NCBI RefSeq assembly: GCF_963676685.1
Contig: NC_092353.1
Span: forward strand, 17,670,001 to 17,734,000
Source of the DNA: Mytilus edulis
Taxonomy: Eukaryota
Length of the DNA: 64,000 bases
Reading direction: 5' to 3'
Part shown: positions 52,365 to 64,000 of the stretch, piece after piece
Numbering within the stretch: the first letter of the stretch is position 1
How the letters are laid out: each line of letters starts with the position of its first letter
The notes under the pieces: generated by a model
Told to the model about the DNA's origin: nothing
The model's database searches: none
What the model saw: only the letters and a program-made list of their open reading frames with translations
Position numbers and translations under genes: made by a program

Positions 52365-52975
52365 AATATTGATATCATTTTATTGAAATTTGCTATTACA
52401 AATGTATGCATAATTTTGGAAATCATTTTGAATGAATTGTTTTCCTCGTGCATAGCTCTGGTCCCTTGTCCGGTTTAGCTTTGATATTTAGTTCTTTATT
52501 TTTATTATTATCATCTTTTAAATATTTTGTATTGGGTTTGAATCTTAAAATATTTTGACCACAACCATCACGGGAAAAACAAATTTGATGTTGAAATGTG
52601 CATCTGGTTCGGTAAGATTGGTATTGTTAATGGTATGAATACCACTGGGTCTATATATCGGACCCTATATATCTGCTGGTACTTGGTAAGTCTCCCTAGG
52701 GCTTTGACAGCCCAATAACAAGCTACTTCGGTTCTGGCATGAAAATACGAATATTGTTTTATTGAAATTCGCTGCTACAAAGTGTTGGAAATAATTAGAT
52801 GATAACTTGAGTCATCATCCGTCTTTTACTGTTTGGTATTTTTTTATGGTTTTATCTGCTTTCTGTGTTTGTATTAGGTTCTGAATATTTAAACTATTTT
52901 CACTTCGAGCATCACTAAAAGGACATTATTGTCAAAATGCGCATCTGTTGCAACTTGTATTGGTTAATGGTACAG
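52365..52975 (+). mobile_element. Old tandem (about 1.6 units, period about 380 nt) of a further retrozyme-like family
   Basis: Repeated ttttattgaaatt(t/c)gct.(t/c)tacaaa at about 52378 and 52757; decayed hammerhead catcactaaaaggacattattgtcaaaatgcgcatc near 52910-52946. Confidence 0.55.
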
Positions 52976-55647
52976 ATTAAGCACACAAATTCAAGACAAT
53001 TTCCTATAAAAATAAATTCAATTATTCAAAAAGTTTAGACTTAGCTTATAACAATGTATTTAAAAAAAAACTATGGCCGCCCACAATAGTGATTGATCGT
53101 TGCCTTATGCAAATGCCATATCTACAAAACATCTAACAAATAATTGATATTCCATAACTAAACAGGAATAATAACAGGAGTTAAGTAAATAGTCACCATA
53201 TTTTGTATGTATAGTACAAATACAAAGTCAAATCTCATCGAGGTTTTTAAATTTAAAAAAAACATAAACTTGCTGCGGAAATATCTGATAATTGAACGCT
53301 TTAATTCAATCTGCATGTATTCTACAGCTTAATTAAGTCTTCTTTCTATGTATATTTTAAGACTGGAGGAAAATGGGATTAGAAGCATTAATTTAATCCA
53401 TGTATGTATTTATGGAAGTAAGTTTACCTCAATTGACGATATCATTTACTTGATCAGCACCAAAGTATTAGTAAGTTTACCTTAGGTGACCATATAACTA
53501 GGTCCATCTGCACCGAATTCAGTTAACCTCGTGTGATCATATTCATGTCTGCTATAAAAAAAGTTTTCTTCAGTCATTTATACTTCTAGGTTGATCTTTA
53601 CCAAAGTCAAGTGATAATATTCCAATAAGGCGGACGATACAAAACTTGTATTGAAACAATAGCAAAAAACGAAAAAAAGACACAATACGTCCTCAAAACA
53701 CTACTAAGAAATCTTAAAAAGATTGAGCAAAATAAATTCCATTAAGATTCTAGTTTATCTGAGATGCAATTGAAGAGTAAGCCTATTCTGCTCCTCATGT
53801 GACACCTGTAGACCTCATGGGAAGTTATAATTCGGTTGCACGTCTTATTCAGTGACGTCAAGAACGATTTAGGATTGTGACTATACCAAATGCATGTAAA
53901 CCCGTGGTTATTTGTGATACAGTTATTCCATGGTCAACCAAATCAAGGTAGCGTCCGTAAACAGTTAACTTCAGGCAACCGTACTTATAGGTAAATTTAC
54001 TCCAGGAAAAATTGATTTCAGGAGAACATTTTAAGCAGGTTGAACTCGACCAAAGTTACATTCCTCAATTAAAGTCATATAAAGAACTATTCATATTTGG
54101 TTTCCAATGTTAAACGATTAAAAAAAAAGATGTACCAATGTACTTCTGACCATCCTTAGTTTTCCCATACAATGACACCGTATGTTAATTTGTAACAGTT
54201 GATTGAGTCCATTGTTGAAGGCAGTTAAGTGACCTATAGTTGCTGCATTTGTTGTCTCATTGACAAGCATGCCCCGTCACCTTATTCCACCTTATTTTAT
54301 AATCATGGTTCTTAGCAATACAGTTATGTTTTAAAGTACCATGATGGTGGTGCTAATATAAGTTAACTGAAAAGCACTGATGTTCAAACAGTCAATTTGT
54401 CTTTTTTTTAGATAATGGATTATCAGTTGAAACTAAATATAACAGGACGAGTTTTTTTTAGTAATAAAGAGTTGAGTGACGATAAGATTCCCTACATATA
54501 TATGCATGTTTTTACATTAGACCCTATAGCAGTTATCAAAAGCTCAAAACATCAAACGAATGGAAAACAACTGTCGTATTCCTGACTTGGCACAGGCATT
54601 TCATATTTATATAAAAAAATGTCTTTATAGCTAGTTGAATCTCTCACTTGTAGGATACTCATAGTCGCATAGAATACATTTATATTGACAATAATATGTG
54701 AGCAAAACAAACAGACATAATGACAACATAGCAACTAGCACGAAGTATGCGTCAAGTTTTTTCAATACATCAAAATCGCATGTAATACAATTGGTTTGCT
54801 ATGTTTATGAAAATATAAGCTGACAGTTTTAATCAAACATGGCTGAAACATAAAAGGTTCCACGTGTAAATAATAATACGACGAAATGTCTCTTTATATA
54901 CTTAATAATAAGTTTACATTATGTCTATTTACCACAAAATTCTGTCTTCGTCACCTTTATCAACAACGTTTTTATAGAAGTTTGGGGTTTACTTAATGGT
55001 ACAAACAACTGGAAGCTGACAAAGACCAATAAATGTCATAGTCAAGTGGTTTTACGAATAATTGTAAACCATCAGTAAAAGTTTCTGCAAATATTTAATA
55101 CTAAATAATTGTATGTTGCCAAAATTTAAAATACAGTTGTGAAAATACCAGTCTCCAAACGACACTGTCGACGCAGGTATAGGTATTGCATGTCATTGAA
55201 AAGATTTCTCCATTTATAAGTTTTCACATCAAAACATACAACCATATGCCGTATATCATTTATAAAAAAAATGAAATGAAATACAACTTGACCACTTAAT
55301 CTGGTCTATCTCAATTAGGAGTTGGATTCCCTGGTTTCGTTAAAGATGGATTTAATAATATGGAACATAAGTATACTATGCAGAAACAAATATAACAATA
55401 GCCGGGGTTTTTTTTTTTTGGTACCACATTGTCGCCATTCCGTAAATGTAAAAATATGTAGGACAATGTACAGTCATCGGGCTAAACATCTTTCCAGTTA
55501 AATACGATATTCAAATTAGTTTAGCATATGACTTCATCAAAGAGAAATGATAAAAACACATAGTTATGATTATTCATAAGATCTTCTTCTTCTACTGACT
55601 TCAAACATAGACTTGTGTTTTCAGAAGCTTATTTTCATCTTTAAGTG

Positions 55648-55946
55648 AAACAAGAACGAGTCCCCAGTACACGGATGCCCCACTCACACTATCATTTTCT
55701 ATGTTCAATGGACCGTGTAATTCGGATAAAAACTCTAATGGGGCATACGACATTAAAATTTGAAAGATCATATCATAGGGAACATGTGTACTATGTTTCA
55801 AATTGATTGGACTTCAACTTTATCAAAAAATACCTTGACCAAAAGCTTTAATCTGAGGCGGGACAGACGGACGAACGCACGGACGGACGCACGGACGCAC
55901 ATACCAGAAAACATAATGCCCCTCTCCTATCGTAGGTGGTGCATAA
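55648..55946 (-). mobile_element. HINE-type element
   Basis: aacaag end with adjacent hairpin and atgcccc subterminal repeat, (CGGA/CGCA)n microsatellite at 55860-55900, gcataa end. Confidence 0.7.
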
Positions 55947-58690
55947 TAACTATTAAAAAACTACATAGAAAACCAAATGATATTTAGAATGAGCTTATAA
56001 CTGACTATTGGGTGTCAATCACCTTGTATTATATGCAGTAAAGTTCTGTTTGCTTTATACATGTCCTATTTCTAGAAAAGAATCGTGTGTGTCTGTTTTA
56101 ATGAATAGCAATTTCAGAATTCGACTTGTCTTCAAATAAAAAATCTATTTATCGGATTTCTAGGGAAGCAGTCTTGGATTAACAAGAGAAACATACAAAG
56201 GTAATAAGAATTTCATACAACTAAACCACAATAAGGGCTGGGGTTTAAAAAAAAACCATGAGTGTGTCCATAGAAATTGACGATAAAAAGTAAAATCACA
56301 CAGATACTGAACTCCGAGGAAAATTAAAAATGGAACGTCTATAATCACATGGCAAAATCAAAAGCTCAAATACATCAAACGAATGGATAACAAATAAAGG
56401 CAGCAGTAGTATACCGCTGTTCAAACTCATAAATCCATGGACAAAAAACTAAATCGGGGTAACAAACTAAAACTGAGGGAAAATTAACGCATAAATATAA
56501 GAGGAGAACAACGACACAACACTTCAATGTAACTAACAACAGTAATATTCCTGACTTGGCACAGACATTTTCTTATGTAGCAGATGGTGGATTGTTGATA
56601 AATAGAACAGACAAGCTGAATCCGTTAACAATAATTCTTCTGAAAAGAACACGCACATATCCTACTCCTCCTAATCAAGTCGCTCTTCTGTCCAAACATG
56701 ATGTCACAGCACGTCCGTTGAAAGCATTCTCGTGCCGATATTGTTAATATGAAAAAATAACTGGGAAATCTTTTGATTTCTATGGATTTCTAGCGTATTT
56801 TGAAGTGTTTTTTTCTGTTAATCTTTTTTCTAAGCCCATTTACGGACGGTATACTAATAAGTTATAGAATACCTTTGTCCGTTCGTCCGTTGTCAACATG
56901 TCGAGCAATAACTCACAAAGGCTTAAATCAATTTTCCTGAAACTTGTTGATATCTCTTGACGTAAGCTTCTTTCGTCTTCTATGAATTTTAGATTTTTTG
57001 TTTCCGAGTTATATGATTTTATTCATAAAATGGGGGAAATTTCCCCGTTTTCGGACAAAATCTAGAAAAGTCTTAACGCAGGTTTCATGACAATTTGGTG
57101 ACTGTTTTATATCTATAAGAATAAGCTCCATTTAGTTCTTTGCAAGTTTCTGATCTAACATTGAGGAGAAATGGAACTTTATTCGTTGGAAAAGTGACCG
57201 GCGTATCATGCGCTCATGCCGCAGCTCTTCATTCTTCTGGGTTTGATTCTGTCTGTTGTAAGTTTTTTTGGTTCCTTTTGAATCTTCTCCTATTTTGTAG
57301 TACTAATAATTCCGTTACTAGCATTTTCCTCGTAAATAAATCGCTGGTACTGGTAAAACAGTATAATGATGACCGTGGATTAAAAAATTTAGTATTTTTA
57401 CTGATACGACGTAACAGCTTGTCAAATACCTAGTTAATCAAAATCAATAGAAACAAAATGTTAGTCTACGGCATGAAAAAGACTATCCAAACAAATGACT
57501 CTACATTAAAATAAAGTTCAAACTGTTTAAATATTTTTTTTATTTATTTAAATCAAGTATTTTTATAGTAAGACTATACAAATCCTTGTTTAAATACTGT
57601 ATGATCGGTGGACTATCAATTCTAGGTACTTATTCTGATAGGTTGTTTTTAGTCTTTCAAAAGGTTTCGAACATAAACGGATTCATTATTGACACGATAT
57701 GTCAGTATAATGATCGCATTTGAAATAGTCAAAGAGATTTTCCTAATTGATTGTGTCAAACAATTGTGGCAAATTCTCCAAAATCACTTGTTAAAATGAT
57801 CGGTTGTATCTTTTATTTACAGCTAGAACTGTTTGTAATGACAGTTACTCATCAATAAATACAATAACCCCATCCAACAACCCTGTTAAAGACAAGACAA
57901 GTTAATAAAACAAAAGAGAATTTAGATTGATTGACTGTTTGTATAATATCCAGTGGCAACTAGTTCATGGTTGATCAAAACTATGTATGAACCCAATATG
58001 ATAGTCTGGTAAAGTGGATCGTCCAGCATGCACGGAAAGTACCAACATATCGGTAATTTCCATGGGGATAACAGGTTCTTGTAAGAGATAATTATTTCAT
58101 TGCAAAGAGTTATCTTCGGACCTTTTAAATATAATAAGGGTAATTTGCAGCTAGTCCGCTTGTCCCACACTGTTTAAACATACCAACAGATGTAAATTAA
58201 ATGTTCACATTCCGACCAAACTTACCAGTGTACCTATACATCAAACAGGGTCAAGCAGTCATCGCTACATCAGCACCGGTATCATTATCGAACAGCGAAG
58301 TCCAATATATCTATTTAATTAACCCTTAATATCAATGAGGGGACTAGGAAAAAACAAAAGCATTGATGTTCCATTGATTGACACACAATGCAAATTATAA
58401 GATCAGTATACAAACACCTGATGACGAGATTTAACATATAGTTAAAGATTATAATCTGGTTCAGATATGACTTAAATAGAATTGAGAATGGATACGGGGA
58501 ATGTGTCAAAGAGACGCAGAAAATAGCAGAATGCCACCATATGGGTTTTTAACGCAGAGAATAATCCCATATGTACCCGATGGTAGCCTTCAGCTGGCCA
58601 TCTAAAGGTCCTGACTTCATCCACATCAAAATCAGCTTCTTTACTTGGATAACATTGTTCTCCATAGAATGAGGAGATATGTTTTAAAGA

Positions 58691-59160
58691 TATGGCACGC
58701 CGTTATTATATTTATTCAATTTCGAGATATCTTATTTATTTATATAAGATATCTTATAAACTTTTAGAGATATCTTATTAACTTATAGAGATATCTTTTT
58801 AACTTATAGAGATATCTTATTTAATTGGTTATACAGATATCTTATTTAATTGGTTATAAAGATATCTTATTTAATATATAAGATATCTCCATGAGTTAAT
58901 AATATATCTCTATTAGTTTATAAGATATCTCTATTAATTAATAAGATATCTTATTAATTAATAGAGATATCTTATTAACTTATAGAGATATCTTATAAAC
59001 TAATGGAGATATCTTATAAACTAATAGAGATATCTTATTTACTTTCAAATTAAATAAGATATCTTATAAAAATTAAAGATATCTTAATACTTAATAAGAT
59101 ATCTTGTTAAATAAATAAGATATCTTCAAATTTGAATAAATATAAAAACGGCGTGCCATA
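58691..59160. mobile_element. Non-autonomous IS3EU-like DNA transposon with internal AGATATCT repeat array
   Basis: TIRs TATGGCACGCCGTT...AACGGCGTGCCATA (extending imperfectly for about 50 bp) and a 6-bp TSD TAAAGA at 58685-58690 and 59161-59166. TAY..RTA ends with a 6-bp TSD are the IS3EU signature. Confidence 0.82.
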
Positions 59161-59334
59161 TAAAGATGTGTCAATCCGATAAACAGTTGACGATATGACA
59201 GTCATGAACATATGTATAAAGATGTGTCAATCCAATAAACAGTTGACGATATGACAGTCATGAACATATGTATAAAGATGTGTCAATCCAATAAACAGTT
59301 GACGATATGACAGTCATGAACATATGTATAAAGA
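59161..59334 (+). repeat. 56-bp tandem repeat x3
   Basis: taaagatgtgtcaatcc(g/a)ataaacagttgacgatatgacagtcatgaacatatgta starts at 59161, 59217 and 59273. Confidence 0.95.
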
Positions 59335-60986
59335 AAAGCCGTAATTTATAAAGAAAGGTTTAACTTAATTTCTAAATAAATAAAATTACATATTGCATGT
59401 GTTTACAACACATATAGGCTAAGTTTTTGCAAACCGATAGGGAAAATACCTTTATCAAAGATCAATATATAAACAAACAAATACACATTGTTTGCAGTTT
59501 AAACCAACATCTATTCATGAGAAATAAAGCTGTTTTGTTTGATCGTTTTTTCAATGATTACATTATTCATATGTGTATACATAATGTTATTTACTGTTAT
59601 TGAAATTTCGAATACAATATTTAAATCATCAATTACATACAATGTTGGTATAGTTCGTTGAAGGGTTAAAAGGTGTGGCACATGTCTGATAATAGGTTCT
59701 ATCGAAGTATGACAATAAAATTACACTTCATGACATATTTTATTTACATGTAAACAAGAGAGTCCCAAAAGACTTTATGATTCGCTAAATTTATGTACCT
59801 ACCCTTACAAGTTCACCATTATCACAATATTTGGCACCACGACCGAGTAGTTTACGTTCTTAAAACACTGATATGATTGAAAGAAAGTTTGGTTATTTAC
59901 ACAGGGAAACTAGAGGTCGCCATACGATTTTCATCTATACAATGTCCACATCTTTTATAGCCTCTAAGGCCAGGTCCGCTAATCTAGAAAGTTGAGAATA
60001 AATTTAACCGAGATTATCTAAGTTCTAATAAGTTTAAACATCAAATTATGGAGACGTATTATTAAGGTTGGTCTATCGTACAACATGAAAGATTAACCAG
60101 GTTCGGTTCTTATATATGAGGAGTCACTGTGGCTTAAAACAGTGTTTATGTAGAACTTAAACCCACTCAAATCTTAAATTCGATCGGTGGAGTTAAAATA
60201 AAAGAAAACAAAGAAAAATACAATTGTAACATGCAATTCAGAAATACTACTTGTTTTTCGTTTGTTTTTTTGGGGAAACTAAAAAAACGTAAATAAAAAA
60301 TCAAGGAGTTATCCATCCCAACCTAAATTATCAATAATACGTCCACCCTTCCACCCCGTAAAAAAAGAAAATTTGATAAATAAGGAATAACTCATTAGAA
60401 AAATTAACAGACTACATTTATTTAAAAAGATTGGAATTAACTGAATAACAATAACATAGAGAAACAAAGACATTGATTTAAAATCAGACACGAAAAGCCT
60501 ATTATAATTGGACATATCTAAAGAACATCGTATGGTATGACAAGTATTTAGACAATACAAAAACATACCAGAAAAAGTTTAAGAATTATATGAGGAATAT
60601 AAAAAATGACAGCTCATGAGTTGCACAGTTGAGATCTGTTAAAATTCGACACAAAACAAAAAATCAAAACTTGATATTTAACAAGCAACTTCACTCTGCT
60701 TTTATATCGGAATAATTATGAAAAGGAACATTTACCAGCTCGTGTTTCAGACAACTACCCATTTATGTCAGAAATACAAGTAGAAGACAAGTATAATGGC
60801 TAAAAAAACTTCTCAAAATTCGGACAAATCAATACATGCAAACCCAAGCAAGTAAATTCATGCAGACCTGTCTCAGCCTCTAAATTGGATATGCTGCAAA
60901 CTAATAGAACATATTGTGGAACAGGCACTTTTTTCATTTCAACTAAAGATCACTTGAAGAACCAACGAAAATAGGGGTGGGTGGGG

Positions 60987-61184
60987 GAGGGGGGGGGTAT
61001 GACCTTTATCGGGACTCCGGGATCGGGTGTTTTTAAGCTCGTGATTTGGGGATTGACCCTTTCGGGATCCGGGAATTTCTTTATTCGAATTTCGGGACAT
61101 CGGGATTTCGTTTTTTTAAGCCCGGGATTTTTGGATTTCGTGTTTTTAAGCACGGGATTTCGACCCCTCCTATCCGGACCCCTC
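60987..61184. mobile_element. Small MITE-like repeat with GAGGGG...CCCCTC ends and internal cgggatttc repeats
   Basis: GC-rich island with short inverted termini; no clear TSD. Confidence 0.45.
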
Positions 61185-62095
61185 AAAATAGCTACTACGT
61201 CAGTTTACACATTTTTTAAATGTTTGAATGTCATTTGTCATTTTAACTGAGTATAGGCTACATGAACCAGAATATTTATAACCCCCCCCCCCCCCCCATT
61301 TATTTTTGCATGGTTTTGTTTAACAGAATGAATTTGTTGGCTTATGCTGCAACATAGTATTTTTCTTTACAAAAAAGCATTAAACGTCCAAATCCACCCA
61401 TCCCACCATCATAAATAAGATAATGATACTATTACACTAAGAAATCTAGACTACCCTGAGGCACTTGTTTATATCCATGGAAGGTCGACTATCCATATAT
61501 AAGTTTAGTCGAATATATGGATAGTAGGCCTTCCCATGGATAGAAACACTTGTCTGTGTCTGTGATCTATAGATCGCAGTTTTTCAAGTTCTGAAAACAA
61601 TGTTAATGCTTATGTTTTAATTTCATTTTTGCACAAATCTAATTTGTTGATTTCACTTTTTAAATTATATGTGTAATCAAATGTAATTTCAAAGTTATTC
61701 ATCCACATAATAAAATAGGTTTACACATAGCCTATAAACGGTGATAAGCCTGCTTTTGTTGTGTTCCTTTTAACGGAGGAATATACGAACGATGTATTCA
61801 TTTAATCATCAAGATAATGTTGGCGTCGATCCCCGTTCTTTTAGAGCTCCTGTTACAACCAAAGACCAAACAGCTATGGTGTCCAGAAGTGGAAGAATAA
61901 TCTTACAAGCTGATTGGAATCATGTTTTAAAGTCAATATTCATTTTCATTCTTTGTTATGTATATACTTTTGTTTACCAATCGTTTTATTTATGTCACCA
62001 CACAATGCATGTTTATAACAGAGACATATATATGTCTGTTCATAATCATACATGTAGACTGTAGTCCCAAGAACAAACATTTTAAGATCTAAGTC

Positions 62096-62732
62096 CACAG
62101 GCACTTGTTTTCTATCCATGGCAAGATCTACTATCCCCATTTGCCAAGTAAGTCAAATGATGGATGGGAACTGTGCCGGCGGGGATACGTCTCCCTGGTA
62201 CCGCCACAGAAGCCGGATTGGTTCAGGCCAGATGAATGAAAAGCAAATGGTAACCCCCTTTTTTTATACATTGCTTTATTAGGCCAAATAAAAAAGTATG
62301 TGTGGTTCCAGTTACATCTGAAAAAAAGTTAGGGTAGGTAGGTGTAGGTAGGGATTTTTTTTTATTTTATGTTTTTTTTTTTACATTGAGTCTATGGGAG
62401 CAACATTCTGACTTTAACAGTGCTTAATGAAAAATGACAATAAAATCTTTAGGGTAGGCTATTTTTCAGCCAAAAAAGTAGGGACGGTAGGGTTACTGGA
62501 ACCACACATATATTTTTATTTGGCCTTATTACTTTTTTTTTTTTTTCTGTCATACTTTATACTCGCTTGTATATTCTTTAGTTATCTTACAAAATTACTC
62601 TTTTTCTTGCACCAACCAGAAGCGTTGAGTATTGGTCAAGTTTGACAGATCAACGTAGAATGTAGATGTAGGTATTAGTAATTATATATAGGGATAGCAG
62701 ATCTTGACATGGATAGAAAACAAGTGCCTGTG
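62096..62732. mobile_element. Foldback element with 42-bp inverted repeats; related hairpin at 61460-61558
   Basis: cacaggcacttgttttctatccatggcaagatctactatccc (62096-62137) matches the reverse complement of 62691-62732 with 2 mismatches. Confidence 0.7.
62282..62525. mobile_element. PIF/Harbinger-like MITE nested in the foldback element
   Basis: TIRs GGCCAAATAAAAA.TATGTGTGGTTCCAGT / ACTGGAACCACACATATATTTTTATTTGGCC; TTA duplicated on both sides (62279-62281, 62526-62528). Confidence 0.8.
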
Positions 62733-63297
62733 TCTGAGTCTTAGAACTCTACTTGTCTCTATAGAAACTAGTAGATTTCTAGTCCAAATATTTATAACAT
62801 ATTGTTAGACTTTTGTTTTTCTGCTTTAAAGTAATAGAAAAAAACCTTAGCAGACTTCATGTTAATCTGGACAAATATGTGGCCCTGTAATGCATTGAAT
62901 CTGGATCTTTTCACCCAAAATCATGTTTGCTCCAATTCATAATTATAAAAGCCTTTAAAGGTTTCATCCTACGCATTTACATCATTTTATACTGCAACTA
63001 CGTAGTTGTGTTTATTTCCTAAATATAGTAAGACAGTCATATATTTTGTGCAATGTCAATTTCACCATGGAATACTTTTTCCACATTAAGGGGTTCATTA
63101 AGGATGAAAATAAGTTTGATATTTATGTAACAATTTAAAAAGCTATCAATTTATAAATTTAAGTTGCAGTATAAAAACCATATTAGGTCAATGTCATTAA
63201 AAATATAAACATTTGTGTATTCAGCACAAAACTGGGGATGGGCTCGATAGAACCTCACACTTCCCCAGTTTCTCTGCCTCATACAAAAAAGTTTATA

Positions 63298-64000
63298 TTT
63301 TTAGCTCACCTGGCCCAAAGGGCCAAGTGAGCTTTTCTCATCACTTGGCATCCGTTGTCATCATCGTCAATCGTCGTTAGCTTTTACAAAAATCTTCTCC
63401 TCTGAAACTACTGGGCCAAATTGAACCAAACTTGGCCACAATCATCATTGGGGTATCTAGTTTGAAAAATGTGTGGCGTGACCCGGAAATAAAATAGAAA
63501 ATAGGGGTAAAATGCAGTTTTTGGCTTATAACTCAAAAACCAAAGCAATTAGAGGAAATCTGACTGGGGTAAAAATGTTTATCAGGTCAAGATCTATCTG
63601 CCCTGAAATTTTCAGATGACGAGAGATAAACTGTAAACAGCAACAATGTTCAGCAAAGTTAGATTTACAAATAAGTCAACATGACCAAAATGGTCAGTTG
63701 ACCCCTTTAGGAGTTATTGCCCTTTATAGTCAATTTTTAACCATTTTTCATAAATCTAAGTAATCTTTTACAAAAATCTTCTCCTCTGAAACTACTGGGC
63801 CAAATAAATCCAAACTTGGCCACAATCATCTTTGGGCTATCTAGTTTAAAATATGTGTGGTGTGACCCGGTCAACCAACCAAGATGGCCGCCACGGCTAA
63901 AAATAGAACATAGGGGTAAAATGCAGTTTTTGGCTTATAACTCAAAAACCAAAATATTTAGAGGAAATAAGACATGGGGGGGGGGGAGTAAAATGTTTAT
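63298..64000 (+). mobile_element. HINE-type element with 384-bp internal tandem repeat, running off the window
   Basis: Start tttttagctcacctggccc-aaa-gggccaagtgagc hairpin, (gtc)n-like tract, and acaaaaatcttctcctctgaaactactgggccaaa repeated at 63386 and 63770. Confidence 0.82.

Noticed and set aside
58691-59334. CRISPR-like array
   Set aside because: Repeats have no unique spacers, no cas genes are present, the context is eukaryotic, and a TIR element plus minisatellite explains the region.
60600-60830. Possible very old LINE ORF2 fragment
   Set aside because: Too decayed to support by eye.

Overview
AT-rich, repeat-dense animal genomic DNA; the repeat families look like those of a mytilid bivalve (Mytilus-like, inferred from recall, not from a search). 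Gene content, all on the + strand: (1) the last three visible exons of a type-I membrane protein with a SUEL/rhamnose-binding-lectin domain (157-4855); (2) a tandem array of six paralogues (five long ORFs at 9089, 13217, 25279, 33370 and 39449, plus a pseudogene at about 28.8-29.6 kb), each with a single coding exon encoding a disordered N-terminus and an NHL-like beta-propeller. The propeller resembles the C-terminus of bivalve TRIM-like proteins, but there is no RING or B-box, and four copies carry a Cys/basic loop at the same propeller position; (3) a basic, SP/TP-rich orphan gene (49541-50161). Intergenic DNA holds a 5'-truncated LINE, Penelope-like RT relics, Helentron-associated elements, several MITEs (IS3EU-, Harbinger- and Kolobok-like), long palindromes and many hammerhead-ribozyme retrozyme copies. 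One retrozyme is a complete 352-nt monomer that also carries a degenerate hammerhead-like fold on the opposite strand. The best candidates for new biology are the putatively lipid-anchored, possibly caspase-processed propeller family and the two-polarity ribozyme layout of the retrozyme.
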